Assembly: GCA_013239625.1 (NCBI GenBank)
Contig: MU053629.1
Coordinates: 2,507,567-2,571,566 of the forward strand
Direction: 5' to 3'
Length of the DNA stretch: 64,000 nt
Origin: Lama guanicoe
Taxonomy: Eukaryota
Each line of letters starts with the position of its first letter. Within the stretch, counting starts at the first letter, position 1. Both the position numbers and the translations under genes were made by a program. Below are positions 38,426-51,774 of the stretch, in pieces. The notes beneath the pieces are model-generated. The model ran no database searches. It was not told the origin of the DNA and saw only the letters and a program-made list of their open reading frames with translations.

Positions 38426-40193
38426 TTTGAAGTAGGCAGAACCTGTCTTGTGAAGCAGCAGCCTGGGGAATGTCCACGTTCCCTTCCCTGACATCCCTGC
38501 TGTGGGCCTTTCTTTCCACCCCTCCACCCCTCCCCGTCTTCGATGTCCCTACTCTATCTGATTTCATGTTCTGGCCTCTGTCAACACTTCCCCCGGGGCC
38601 AGCACACGATCGCATCCTGTGTCCCACTCCCATGGGCACTGACCTCTGCTAATCAAATGGGCTCCCCTAAGACCTGCTGGGTGACCTTGGCCCAGAAAGG
38701 TCCTTGGGCCTACTTCCTCCACTGTAGCTGAGGGGTGATGTCAAAACACAGATGGTCAAGTTAAGCTTTGAGGAACAAACCCCTTAGGGACTGCCAGTGA
38801 GTTGCCTGCCCTGCACTCCTGACTTAGCCAGGGGACCCCCGCTGCTTTTGCTGTTTGACACCCTGGGTCATGTGTAAGATCTCTTTGGAAGAAGGGATTC
38901 TGCTACTTAAGGAGCAAATTCTAAAAACCATGGGCTAAATGGCCCTAATGTCCCTTCCTGCTCCGACACTGGGATTCAATATTCCAGCCCCTCTACTGGG
39001 GCTGATGGGCACCAGTGGGCTAAGGCGCTCTTGCCTCCAGGTGTCACGGGGGCATTCCAACAGAGGCCTGCTGCAGTAGTGATGCACTGCAGAGGTTTCA
39101 ATCTGTAGGACCCCTGAGGGTCCTCCCGGAGCCCTGGGTTTCCTCAGAGGGCCCTTGGGGGTGGGGGAGTCCCACCAACGCTCTGTTCAAGTCTTATGAA
39201 TGGAGAAAATAACCTAAGACTAAAATCCCCATTTTCAGAAAGCAAAGAGCATCCAGAAACCCGAGTTTTCTCAGTGGAAGGCTGGCAAGAAACAGATGTT
39301 ATAAATGTGAGCTTTAAGTTACGTTTATATTAATAAAATTCTGCTCTGATTTATTTCAGATACTGGGGTTCCATGTAGGAGGGTACTGAGGAAAATGTCC
39401 TGCTGCTAAAAATAGTTTTAAGAAATTGATCTGATTAACCTGGGGGAATCTCAGCCACCACAGATGGGAAGCCATGTGAGGAGGAAGAAAAAAGGAGTGA
39501 ATATATACCGAACGTCTCCTGGGGGGCGAGTACTAGGCTAGAACTTTCACATGTGTTATTTCTTTAATCTTCACAGTAACTCCCTGAGATAGGTATTTTT
39601 AGTCCCATTTTACAGATGAGGAAGCAGAAGCTCAGAAAGGTTAGGTGACTCCTTCAAAGAGGCACAGCCCATAAGTGGCTGAGCCAGGATTCAAACTCAG
39701 CTCTGACTGACACCAGAGCATCCTTTTTTTCCCAATATACCATGATATAGCTACAAAACAAGACTAGTTTTCTTGTGTGGTTATAAAACTGGTTTAGAAG
39801 CCACTATCACTAGGGAATTTCCCAAATGTCTTCCAGCTTTTCTGGAAAAGTACATTGAGTGACTACATTAAAGAATAACACTTAATGGATGTGGTTGTTC
39901 TGTGATGTTTGATTTTTTTTTTTTAGTCTCATCATAACTCATATTTTAGCACACACTGGCTTTTCTAGGTTCTCTTAATTGGGCCAACTTCCCGGTTGTC
40001 TGGGGTGCACTGTGGAAGGGTATATTTCTGGAACTTTCTGCCCCATGGGCTGAGTCATCCTGCTGGCTCCTCCCCTCTGCCCTGAGATGTGCGGTCCTCG
40101 TCAGGCCTGGTCCCATCGCAGCGGCATAGGTGTGTGTGCTGGGAAGACCCAAGTGGGGCACAGCAGGAGGAGCGGGGAGGAGTGGGTCCTTAC

Positions 40194-40250
40194 CCAAGTT
40201 GGGGTCATATTCGCTGATAAACCTCCTGGTCAGAAACTTCACGGTCAGGG
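40194..40250 (-). CDS. RASL12: RASL12 exon 2
   Basis: cttcttgcag|CC CTG ACC GTG... gives (A)LTVKFLTRRFISEYDPNL, donor TTGG|gtaag. 57 nt. Confidence 0.97.
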
Positions 40251-42059
40251 CTGCAAGAAGCAGAAAGACGTCAGCTCAGCCTCCCCATCGTATCTGGCTG
40301 CGGGCCCCGGAGGCTGCCCCTCTCGTTTTCGGGAGGACTTATCTAGCCTCTGTGACCCCTGGCTGACACCAGCTTCTGCTCTCTGGCGGAATGTGGCTGG
40401 GGAGCTGAGAATTTGATTTGAGAGGCTTAGAGGAAGCCAGAAATATGGGGAACCATGTCCTTCCCAGTTGAATCCTGGGATTTTGTTGGGGGAAAGGGAG
40501 GCAAGAAAAGAAATGAGAGGTAAGCCTATGGGGTGTTTGTGAAGACCCAAACTAAGGGGTCTGGACTCATGCAACCAGTTACTTTAGGGTCAGCCTGGTG
40601 AGACTCAAATTGGAGAGAGACATCCCCTATCCTGGACAAGACACAAAGACTCTGAACTGTGGGGGCATTTATTCCCATTTTGGCTACAAAACAAAGAGAG
40701 AGTAAGAGCTGAATTGATCAGTGGGTAATCTCTGGGAGGGGTGTGAACCCCTGAGTCCCAGGTAAACATCCTCTAGTCCTCCGTCCTCAAGTCTTGGCTT
40801 TAAGGCCTCTGCACTCATCATGGGAGTCTCACAGAATAAAACTCTAAAATGAAGTCTTCTCCAGGTGGAATGCATTAACAGGACTCTGATTTTGTTCAGA
40901 ATTTAGCCATAGAAAGCCAAGCGCCAGCCCACTATTATATTGAACTCTTAAAAAGTAATGCAATATTTTAAAGAAAATCCTTAAAATTCTTTCCCAGGAT
41001 TCATAACAGTGTCAGTCTGTAAACTAATGCCCAGGGAATACATATTTTAAAATTTAAATTCTTTCATTCATGTAGTCACTGGCTAAACTGTACCAGTGAC
41101 AGAGCTACAGATAATAATCTAATTTTCAAAGGGAAAAGGGCAAATCTTTTCTGTAGGAAAGCATGATTCAGAGTCCTCTCTCTGAGCCAGGGAGCTGGCT
41201 TCAAAAGTGGAGACTTGGCCCCCTGTAAGTCTCAAAGAACACTCTGGTGAAGGAAATCCATAGTTAACTGAGTGATGGCCATTCACTAATGGCTGTAACT
41301 GGAAAACAGCCAGTGGAGGTGCCCCCTCTGTCCTCCCACCTTCAGCTGCCTGGGACTGTGAGTGTCGGGGAGAATGCAGAACCCTTTTTCTGGGTCTCTG
41401 CCTATGGTGACACCCCTACCCCAACCCTCTGGGCTCCAGCTGGCTGAGAGATGCCAAGAATGGTGAAGGCAGAGTTCAGTGTTGACAGAAATGGTCTCAG
41501 TGGAAGTCCAAGATCTTGGTTCATCAAGGACAAGTCCCAGGCACCTGGGACCACAGTCCAGTGTGTTTCCAGAAAGTCAAGACAGGGGTTGGCTTGAAAC
41601 AAATACATCTGATAAGAATTCGCACTCTGTTCCAGAATCCAAGGGAACTGGGACGAGGAGTTGGTAGTGGCCTCTCCCTGGGAAATCCCAAAAGCCAGTG
41701 ACTTTTACCACCTCCCTTCATGGGCCACAGGATCCTTCACTTCGGCCTAAATCAAGGAGCAGCAAGCAACTAAGCTGAGAGGGGCCCGGGGCTGGGGATC
41801 AGTGCCTAACAGGTCCCTTTTGTGCCAGTCACCAGGGCTGACGACTGGCCTGGGAAGAGGAGATGGAGAGTGGTAAACGGCAAGGGGGAGACTAGCGGAA
41901 GACAGACCGGGGGCCACAGACGCAGAGGCCACAGACCCACTGGGGAGACACAGAGGGAAAGACAGACAAGGAATAGAGACAGCTGAGAGATGGAGGAGCT
42001 CAGAACAAAGCAGAGAGAGAGAGCCAAGCACAGAGAAACTGAGGCAAAGAAAATCATGG

Positions 42060-42620
42060 TGCCTCACCCAACCCACCTGGGCGCAGACAGCTCCCGAAGC
42101 CAGTGGAAGAGCCTGCCCGCGAGCCCGTAGCGCCCGGTTCCTCCCGCCAGTCCCCGTCTCTCCCATCCCTGCCGCCCGCACCCCACTCACCGGACTTGCC
42201 CGCCCCGCGGCGTCCCAGGATGGCCAAGTTGACCTCGAGGGGCGCGCTCTGCGGCCCGCCGCCCGCACGGGGTTTCCCGAACACTGAGGACATGGCGACG
42301 CTGCGGTGAGGCACACGGGTCCTCGGTCGAAGGGCCCGGAGCAGCGTGCCGGGCTCCCTGGCGTCCGCGTCCCGGGCCCCGCGCCGAGCGCCGCGGGCCG
42401 GAGAGGAGGGGCCGCCGGAGGCCGGTGGGCGGGGCCGCCCCGAGCGCCGCCGAACTCCTTGTAAGGGCCGCGGAGCCCCCCGCGGGGCGCGCTCAGCCCG
42501 CTCCCGGCGCGCAGAGGGGAGCCGCGGCCCGCCGCGTACCCCACGGCCACGGGGGGCCTCGAGGGCCGGGGTGCCGTCACCGTCTGGGGCGCCCCCAGAC
42601 CCCGCGGGAAGGGACAAGGA
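42060..42620 (-). promoter_or_regulatory. RASL12 CpG-island promoter
   Basis: Very high CpG and GC content around exon 1, with GC boxes. Confidence 0.85.
42191..42293 (-). CDS. RASL12: RASL12 exon 1 coding part
   Basis: GTCGCCATG start gives MSSVFGKPRAGGGPQSAPLEVNLAILGRRGAGKS, donor TCCG|gtgagt. Five exons sum to 801 nt = 266 aa. Confidence 0.97.
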
Positions 42621-45322
42621 CTGGAGAGAGGGAGGCCAGGAGTAGGGGGGATAGAGGGGATGTTTCCAGCCTTGTATGAAATCTCCAGTCTTTCCCCATC
42701 AGCAAGAAGATACACCCCTCCCTTTGTTCCCCCCAGCTGGCACCACCTCCTCCTCCGGGAAGCCTGCCGGGTTCAACTCTCAGCCTTGCCCATTCTGTAG
42801 ATCACAAGCCAGCTCAGCCTTGGCACACAACTCCCCAGAACACATTACCCTACCCTTCGGTGTGGGGACTCTCAGGCATCACTGCAGAACCTAGAAAGAA
42901 CTCTAGTTTCTGGGAAGGGAAGGGAGAGACCTCTTTACTAAGATTTCATGGCCAATCTGGGTCCAGCTTCAAGAAACCTAACCCATCCTAGATTGCTGTT
43001 TCCTCCCTGATGGAAGCTAATGAGTCACATGTGTTTGTGCCTTGTATATAAATGGAGTATTTTATTTGTTCTAAAACCTAGCACTCCCTCTTGCCTATGA
43101 TTCTGGGATTGGTGGATGAGCCTGGTGGGGTCACCTGTCATTTCACTTGAAACCCAGGCTAAATCTGGTCAGGCAGGAGGCAGGGCAAAGGGCTGACACA
43201 GGGAATCTGGACATGTAGGATCTAGTGCCAGCTGTTTCATTGGGTGACCTCGGGCATGTCACCTCACTTCTTTGGGCTTTGGTGTGCCCATCTATAATGC
43301 TGAAGGAAGGGGAAAATAAATCCAAAATTCCACATGTGATTCAGGCCTAAAAGTGTGACAAAATCAGCCCTGGGTTAAAGCTCTGAGTACTTTTTAGAAC
43401 CATGTAGGACCTCTCTTTTGGAATACACTCTAGGCTAGAGTGGGGAAAGATATGGGAGTCTCAGAGACTTCTCACTGCAGCCCTTCTCCCTCCAACCCCA
43501 ATCCCCTACCTAATATCCCCAGTTAATCTACCCACCCACATGCAAAAGAAACCAGGAAAACCCAGGTCAGCAGGCAGAGGGTCTGGAGTCAGAGCCTGAT
43601 GGTAATATCTTCTCCTCAGCCAAGAGGGAAAATCATTTTCCAGGGCAGGATATGAATACTGACTCAGCCTAATTGTGTTTCTGGGAGATCGTGGTAAACC
43701 AGCTGTGTTATTAAGACTCTAAGGTGTTGGGAGGATTTGTTTAGATTACACCCACAGGCCAGAATTGCTCACAGAGCTAATGGCAAAGGGTTTTCCTTTG
43801 AGCTGTATTAGGAGAAAAAGTGGGAGCCAAGTGCCAGCCATATCTCCCAGTCCTGGGAGGACACACTGGTTCTGGATGGGGTCTGTGAGGAAACCCAGTC
43901 TCACTGGAGCACTGCTGGAGAGAGGGCAAGCTGTGGATCCCCACAGGCCCGACCAGGAGTAAACCTGGGCTCTGCTACTTCCCCACTTGTGGGATGCTGG
44001 GGGAGTTACTTTCCTTATTTTTAAAACTCAGACCAGCCAGTAGATGGGAGCTGCAACGAGGTGGATTCTTGCTCAGTGTGAGTGTGAACTCTATCTGAGC
44101 TGTCCATAGTTAGAAGGGACTGTCTTTGGGGGAAGTGAGACCCCTGACACTGAAGGCAACAAAGGGGGTGACCACTTCAAGGAGGTGGTGTAAGGAAACA
44201 CCATAATGATTTGCAAGATGCAAGATGGGATGAGATGACCCTTAACTCCCTTCTAGTTCAGAGACTATCTGAACTGGTTGCTAGCTGTTTACTCGTGCCC
44301 TCAGCTGTGACTGCTAAATGCCCAAAGTCTGCCCCTCCTATGAGGCTTGGGAGGAAAACAGGGCCCACCTCACGACTGCAACCCCTCCCATTCCCCATCC
44401 TCAGCCTTCTCATCTGTGGGCTGCTTGTCCAGCACCCAGAACCACCTGCTGTGGACCAGAAAGGCCCTTGGAATCAGTCACTTACTGTTAGACCCTGGAA
44501 TAAGCTATGTCCATCTGAGCCTAAGTTCCTCATCTTTAAAATAGGGATGATATTAAAGATTCAAAGAGACAATATGAAAATGTTCTACCCAGAGCGTGGC
44601 CTGTAGCGCAAAATAGCAAATGATAGTTCCCTCCACTCCCCTGGACACGAACAGCTCACGTTTCTCACCCACCTACCAAGAAGCCACCACTGTTTAATGA
44701 CCAAAAGTTTGAGCAGGTTCGGTCAACAGAGGTTATTCTGCTAGGGCCAGGAGTCTAACCCTCCTAAACACCACCTCCCCATCTCTGTGGTTTTATAAGG
44801 GGCCCTGAAGCACTTGAAATGCAGAGGGTGTGGCGCCTCGCCCAGCAGGGGGCTTGCAGCGGGTACTCAATAGATGTCTCTACAGTGAGTGAGTGGGGCA
44901 TACACAGGTCTAGGGCTGGGGAGGATTTCTGGATGCTAGGTCCTACCCTTGCCAACCACCCCCTCCCAGAAGCCATTCCACATACAACTAACATTTTTGG
45001 ACCCCTCTGTGATGTCCTTGAATTCCCTGGAGGCACAATATGACTTCTGTGATTTTTCAATGATAAATTCAGATGTCAAAACTGACCAGAACCTTAGAAG
45101 TCAGATCCAAGCTCCTCTTAACAGATGAAGAACTGAGGCCTGGACAGGTTGGGTAGCTTTGCAAGTCAGTGGTAGTACCAGCATCAGAGCCCAGCAGGAA
45201 CCCTGACTCCCAGTCCAGTGCTCTTCTTCAAGTCCAGGCAAGCTCCTTCCTGCACCGTGTGTGCAGAAACACCATTATGGGAGGCAAAGGCCAGGGATCA
45301 CCGTCAGACAGAAGGGCCAGGA

Positions 45323-47063
45323 GGTCACAGTTGGAAGGAACTTCAGTCCCCTATGGTTCAGCCCCTCCTTCACAGTGAAGGATCAGAAAAGGAATTGCCC
45401 AGGGTCAAGTAGCCAGGTCCAGCCCTCTACCAGACTGCAAGCTCTCCCGGGTCAGGGGTTGTATCTCCTCCCTCAGACTGGTTGACTCCACCAGTTAGGT
45501 TAGGTTAGGGCCCAGGAGTCTACTTAACAGTCCCTTTAGTGTGTCAGTCACTACAGAGAGATGAACAAGGCTGAGTGTGTGCTCTAGTAAGGCTCAGAGT
45601 CTGACACAGAGTCCCTTCCCTTGCCCCCACCCCCAGCCTTGCAAAGTGGAGAGGGAGGTTGGTGTGGGGTCGGGCAGGGCCTGGGAACTCCGTGGGCTGC
45701 CCACAGCCATGACAGTTCCTTGTCCTCTCCAAGTCCCAGAGGGACATTCATTGTCCTGGTGGAGGAAACTCTCACCAGCTGCAGAAAACACCCCACTGGG
45801 GCCTTGGGAGCGGGGCCAAAGTGCTGATCCTCGGTCTAGCCTTAGAATCATGACCCCCCTACCTTGGGTTACCTCCCCCCCATTTCCCGACTGCCAAGGG
45901 TGGGAGTTGGGTGTGTGCACTAGCGCCCCAACCCACTGAAGCCGGGCTGGACTTATGAAAAATTGGGACTGGGAGCAAACTTCAGCCACAAGGCGTTTGC
46001 TCTCCTTCCCACTCCTGCTCTCAGGAGAGGTCCAGGCAGTGGTTTTGTTTGTCTACCCGTTACGAGGGGCCTGGAACAGGCCATGTGGGAGGAAACTGTG
46101 GCCCCTAGGATGTCAGCTGCTTCCCCACCCTGCCCCTTAGCTTGAGCCTGACAGGAGGCAGCTGTTTCTCTTCCGTAAGACACGGCTAGTGCAGGTGAGG
46201 AGGGGCAGCTGGGCTGGGGCCTGGGGTCAGCCGGCAGGGTTCAGTCCATCCCACATTTCATTCATAACCAAGGAAAAGTCCATCCCATTTCTAGGCCTCC
46301 CTTTCCTCATCTGTGAAATGAGAATAGTCAGACACCCTCTCCCTAGCCCTGAGGCCACCAGCAAGGACAGAATCAGGACTGGGCACTGCAGAGCCCACCT
46401 TTCTCCAAGAGGAGAACTGTCATGTTTTCAGACAACGTTTAGCCTCCGGGAAGGAGAAAAACTGGCCGAGGGCCTGGGATAGTATCCATGGGGACTCCTG
46501 CCCACCCCCTCTATCTCCTCCTCCTCTTCCTGTCTGATCTCTAGGGCAGAGCATCCTGGATATTTCTGGCTGCCGCCTTCAGGCCTCTGGCTTCCCAGGC
46601 TCACACAAGTGGTCCCTACATCCCAGCCCTGCTTTGATGGGGGTAAACTGGGTGGGAGTTCCCTGGCAAGAGAGGCACACTTGTGCTGAGTCTACAGATT
46701 CATACGTGAGAATCTGCATGCGTGTGTCCTGGGGGGAGGCACTGAGCCACTCCATCTTCCTGAAGAAGGCCTGCAGCTGAACATCCCCTGAATGGCAGAC
46801 ATCACCCTATACAGGGCTGGGCCTCAGTTAACCCACCTGTAGAATAAGGTAGCAGGAGAAGATAATCACTAAGCTCCCTTCCAGCTGACATTTTGGAACC
46901 CAGAGACTTAGCTGGTCACCTAGGAAAATTCTGTGCAAGGTGGGCAGCAGGAGGCCTGGGGCTGCCTGCTTCCAGCTACACAACCCTGGGCAATTCTCTG
47001 ATCCTCCACTGTAAATGGAAGGGGTTGAACCATAGGAGACTGAAGTTTCTTCCAACTATGACC
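45323..47063. repeat. Pair of ~90-bp inverted repeats (45323-~45413 and ~46974-47063)
   Basis: GGTCACAGTTGGAAGGAACTTCAGTCCCCTATGGTTCAGCCCC... versus the reverse-complemented copy GGTCATAGTTGGAAGAAACTTCAGTCTCCTATGGTTCAACCCC... Confidence 0.9.
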
Positions 47064-48176
47064 CAGTCTTGGCACAAAGTGACTGTCCAGCATTTGTAGC
47101 ACAGGGAGGAAGGAGAGCACAATGGTTATGGACACAGGCTCTGCAGTCAGACTGGCTGCACTCCAGTCCTAGCTGGGCTGCTCTGTGGCCATGTCACCTT
47201 GGGCATGTGGGTAAACTTCTTGGTGCCTCAGTCTTCATATCTATGAAATTAATCATATCTGACTCACATGTGCTGTAAGCAATAAATGGTAATACCTATT
47301 AATTGAAGGAAAGTAACGGTACTCATGGGACTGTTGCAAGGATTATAGGAGTTAAAATTGTTCACAAAATTTTTTTGTGGAGTTTTAGTGATCCCCGGCA
47401 GTGCAGTTTTAGTGTTAACTATTATTTCAAAATCCCCCTTCTCCTTCCCACCCACGGACACAGAATCCCCTCCGCAGCCCCACTTTCCTTTTCCCGGAGT
47501 CTGAGCTATGCAGCAATGGACGAGCGGGGAGTAGCAAGTGGGGAACAGACACCAGCTTCTCACTCCCATCCCGAGTCAGGGAATACATCCACATTCAGGG
47601 ACTTACCTGGAAGTTCACCTGCTACCCACCTATTTTTACAAAGAAGGAAATAAAGGCTCAAAAAGAGATTGGACTAGGTCAGAGTCAGGAGCAGAGGCCC
47701 AGGCAAAAAGGGAACCTGCTCTGGACTCCAGGCTGACCCACTTCATTTGCTCTACCTCTGCCTTTCCCTCTGCCTGAGTACACCTGCCCCACGAACCGTT
47801 GGGGCGGACTAAATATTAATCCTGTCCTTACTCTTTCCCAGGTGAATGACTTTGCATAAGTCATGTAAATTCTCTGAGCCTCATTCCGAACACTTTACAG
47901 ATATTGTCCAAGTACCGTGAAATAGGTGTTATTGGCCCCGTTCAAGAAAGGGTCAGAGTTAGGGTGCCTGCACAAGGGCTTACAGCGGCTTTAGTGCAGG
48001 TTAAATGCGATAGCTTTGCAAGCTGCCCTCACAATGCCCTGCATGCACTAGCTGCCCTGTATATGGTCACTATTATTGCTATTTCTCATATGGAAGTGAG
48101 TGACCCGGCATGTCTCCGGATGCCCTCCAGGCCAGCAGCCATCCAGCCTGCTGGCCACCACATCACATGAGCCGTA

Positions 48177-48205
48177 CTATCTTTAGCCAGGGAGATATTT
48201 ATATC
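48177..48205 (+). promoter_or_regulatory. KBTBD13 proximal TATA-like and MEF2-like elements
   Basis: CTATCTTTAG (one mismatch to MEF2 CTAWWWWTAG) and TATTTATA about 100 nt upstream of the ATG. KBTBD13 is a muscle gene. Confidence 0.45.
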
Positions 48206-48299
48206 CCCTGGGAAAGATTTTGCAGCTACGGGGGAGCCCCAGAGTGGGTGGCCGCCGCCTCCAGGCCCCCGGAGGCGGCCTCTGCCTCTCGGGCCCGCC

Positions 48300-49685
48300 A
48301 TGCCGCGGGGCCCGGAGGCCTCGGAGGCCTCAGTGCAGGTGTGGGTGGGCAGCCAGCTCTTCCAGGCCGACCGGGCCCTGCTGGTGGAGCACTGCGGCTT
48401 CTTCCGGGGACTCTTCCGCTCCGGCATGCGGGAGGCGCGCGCGGCCGAGGTGCGCTTGGGCGTGCTGAGCCCGGACGGCTTCTGCACCGCGTTGCGGGTG
48501 CTGCGGGGCGAGCGGCCGGCGCTGGAGGCCGCCGACGAGCTGCTGCAGGCCGTGGAGTGCGCCGCCTTCCTGCAGGCGCCGGCGCTGGCGCGCTTCCTGG
48601 AGCACAGCCTCACGTCGGACAACTGCGCGCTGCTGTGCGACGCCGCCGCCGCCTTCGGCCTGCACGACGTGTTCCGCAGCGCCGCGCTCTTCATCCGCGA
48701 CGGCGCGCGCGAGCTGGCGGCCGAGCTGGCGCTGCCCGAGGCCCGCGCCTACGTGGCGGCGCTGCGGCCCAGCAGCTACGTGGCCGTGAGCACGCACGCG
48801 CCGGCGCCCGGCTTCCTGGAGGACGCGTCGCGCACCATGTGCTACCTGGACGAGGAGGAGGACGCCTGGCGCACGCTGGCCGCGCTGCCCCTGGAGGCCA
48901 GCACGCTGCTGGCCGGCGTGGCCACGCTGGGCAACAAGCTGTACATCGTGGGGGGCGTTCGGGGCCCCAACAAGGAGGTGGTGGAGCTGGGCTTCTGCTA
49001 CGACCCCGACGGCGGCTCGTGGCGCGAGTTCCCCAGCCCGCACCAGCCGCGCTACGACACGGCGCTGGTGGGCTTCGATGGCCACCTCTACGCCATCGGC
49101 GGCGAGTTCCAGAGGATGCCCATGAGCTCGGTGGAGCGCTACGACCCAGCTGCGGGCTGCTGGAGCTTCGTGGCCGACCTGCCGCAGCCGGCTGCGGGCG
49201 TGCCCTGCGCCCAGGCCCGTGGCCGCCTCTTCGTGTGTCTGTGGCGGCCGGCGGACACCACGGCCGTGGTGGAGTACACGGTTCAGGCCGACGCGTGGCG
49301 GCCCGTGGCCGAGCTGCGGCGGCCGCAGAGCTACGGCCACTGCATGGTGGCCCACCGCGACAGCCTCTACGTGGTGCGCAACGGGCCTAAGGACGACTTC
49401 CTGCACTGCGCCATCGACTGCCTCAACCTGGCCACAGGCCAGTGGACAGCGCTGCCCGGCCAGTTCGTCAACAGCAAGGGCGCGCTCTTCACGGCCGTGG
49501 TGCGCGGTGACACCGTGTATACGGTCAACCGCGTGTTCACGCTGCTCTATGCCATCGAGGACGGCACCTGGCGGCTGCTCAGGGAGCGGGCAGGCTTCCC
49601 ACGGCCCGGCTCCTTGCAGACCTTTCTCCTGAGGCTGCCTCCTGGTTCCCGGGGTCCTGTGGCATCGACGACGCCAGAACTGTGA
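48300..49685 (+). CDS. KBTBD13: Kelch repeat and BTB domain-containing protein 13 (intronless, 461 aa)
   Basis: Kozak CCCGCCATG. BTB domain ([25 protein letters not shown]) followed by kelch repeats ([15 protein letters not shown]...VERYDP). Whole CDS lies in a CpG island. Confidence 0.98.
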   Translation: MPRGPEASEASVQVWVGSQLFQADRALLVEHCGFFRGLFRSGMREARAAEVRLGVLSPDGFCTALRVLRGERPALEAADELLQAVECAAFLQAPALARFLEHSLTSDNCALLCDAAAAFGLHDVFRSAALFIRDGARELAAELALPEARAYVAALRPSSYVAVSTHAPAPGFLEDASRTMCYLDEEEDAWRTLAALPLEASTLLAGVATLGNKLYIVGGVRGPNKEVVELGFCYDPDGGSWREFPSPHQPRYDTALVGFDGHLYAIGGEFQRMPMSSVERYDPAAGCWSFVADLPQPAAGVPCAQARGRLFVCLWRPADTTAVVEYTVQADAWRPVAELRRPQSYGHCMVAHRDSLYVVRNGPKDDFLHCAIDCLNLATGQWTALPGQFVNSKGALFTAVVRGDTVYTVNRVFTLLYAIEDGTWRLLRERAGFPRPGSLQTFLLRLPPGSRGPVASTTPEL

Positions 49686-51768
49686 CCCCTGGGCTGGGCT
49701 TTAGGATGGGATGCCCAGAGCCTTCCTTGAGCCATGACTGAGTCTATGAGGCTGGCCTCGAGCTGCTGGGAACTTCTCTCCCCCACCCCCGCCTCCCTTT
49801 GAGACATTTGCGTCTTGTGCCTTCCGGTGGTGTGAACATATCCAAGAATCTCAGGGAGCAACGACTCTGAGGTCTCAGCCCTGAAATACTTGGGCTCTTT
49901 TGAAAGCTGGTGGGTCACAATGTCAGTGGAAGGGGTTGGGGAGTAAGATTTCAAGAATCCAGGCTTTTATGTGAATGGGCCAGTAATTGAGCGCTGGTTG
50001 GGAGTAGGTTAAGTGATGTTAATCAAACTGCCAATCAGTAAGTAGGCAAGAATTAGGCACCTCCTGTGTGCCCAGCACAGTGGTGGGCCTAATATGGCTG
50101 TAGTTGCCAGACAGGGGTCCACAAAGCTTAGCATCTAGCCCAGGACGACAAAAGGTTTACACACATATGTCCTCATTCACAGAGGCCTCCAGGCAACAAG
50201 CAAAAAACCCCCAAACCCCCACAATATAATGAAACAAAATGCTAAAGAAATCAGGGCAAAGGGAAAATAGAGAGAGGAAAAATCTAACTCCAGGAAGGAG
50301 AATAATATACAAAGTGTATGAAGAAGATAGGCAACGTAATTAGTTGCTGAAAAGACAGATTCAAAGAGGAGAGATGGGGAAAGTTGGAGCAGATGGGAAG
50401 AGTCTCTGTGAGCCCTGTCTTTAAGGCAGAGCAGCTGTAGATGGAGGCATTTTGGGACGGGGGCAGGGTGGACTGGCTTGTAGAGACAAAAACTGAGCTG
50501 AATCTGGAACAAGACCCGTGAGGAAGAAAGGGTTTCCCACGCCTCCTTATGGGATGTGGGCCCGCAGAGGGGAACCCAGTTGGAAATCCATTGTCCACTG
50601 CCTTTTTTGCCATCACCCTAGGGTGAGTGAACTGTTAACTTCCATGACTTCAGGTCACTCAAGGTATGAGCCTAATCCTGGCCAGGTCTAACTGTCTCAT
50701 TTTCCTCGGTTGTATCCCCTCCTCTACGTTCTACAGGTGAATTCTCACCTCCTAGCCTCTGCTCCTGCCACTCCCTGGACCTGGAATGCCGTTCCTCTTC
50801 CTCTCTCTTTGTGGACTCTTCTGCCTACCTCCTCTGCGCAGGGTTGGCTGTTCCCGACCTTGGCTGCCTGCTTTGCTTGGTGGACCCCTGGCTGACGTCA
50901 TTCTTCTTGTGTGTGTGCACGTGCACACAGCCATGCACGTATGCAGATAGCAGTCATGCTGTCAGCTGAGCTGGGGCACTTTCTCACCTACTGAATAAAA
51001 TGATGAGGTCCTGAAAGACCCCAGGAGATAGAGACCACTAGTTAGGGACCTGGTGCTGACTTCTGGTGTTAGATGAGGACTCTTAGCTTTAGATTACCCC
51101 CACCCTGGTTTCTAGTCACATGCCCAGCTCAGTCCTCCAGCTTTTCCATGTTCCTGGGCAGACTTCTCTGAGTGGTCCTATGGTCTCCATCCTCTGGGAC
51201 CTGAAGCCCATGGGAAATCCTGGCCTCATCACAAGTGGAGAATGCAGCATCAGCCTGGCACCTCCTGGGCATGGAGCCTAGTGTCTGGGCTGCCCCTCAT
51301 TGCCTTTTCCCCTGACCTATGTCCCAAGCCCTGGCAAATGCTGCCCACAGAAGCCTCGGGCCTTCTAGGCCTGGAGTAAACTAATCTTAGGAGTCATAAT
51401 AATAAATCTTAACTTCTGCATCCTGTGAACAATGTGCCAAGTAGTTTCACATTGGTCTTCCCACTCCAGCCCTACCTCAGTCCTGGGAGTTGGGTACCTC
51501 CTCCCAGCTAATGACATACGTGAGGTTCAGAGGCCGGGTGCAATGCCAAAGCATGGCAGAGCCTCTCACTTTTTTGTTCTGTCAAAGTGTAATTTCATTC
51601 ACATGTCAAAAGATGTATTTAACTTGTTAATAAGGGAACCAAAAGAATGGTAAAGCTGGTTCAAAGGAGCGTCTGAGAGACAAGAGGTGTTTGTATATTT
51701 TGTTGGAAAAGATATACTGAAATAAGTTTGCTAAGGTAAAGATGAAGCTGCTTGATGTCTTACAGGGC

Positions 51769-51774
51769 AATAAA
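51769..51774 (+). terminator. Candidate KBTBD13 poly(A) signal
   Basis: AATAAA ending an AT-rich UTR-like block and followed by a U/GU-rich tract. Other AATAAA hexamers occur near 50994 and 51401. Confidence 0.45.

Noticed and set aside
41747..42715. 322-aa ORF and in-frame upstream extension over RASL12 exon 1
   Set aside because: CpG-island artefacts; the ATG at 42293 has good Kozak context and yields the expected 266-aa protein.
48086..49406. 426-aa alternative-frame ORF and 358/202-aa antisense ORFs over KBTBD13
   Set aside because: Expected shadows of a CDS with extreme GC at third codon positions; no independent evidence.
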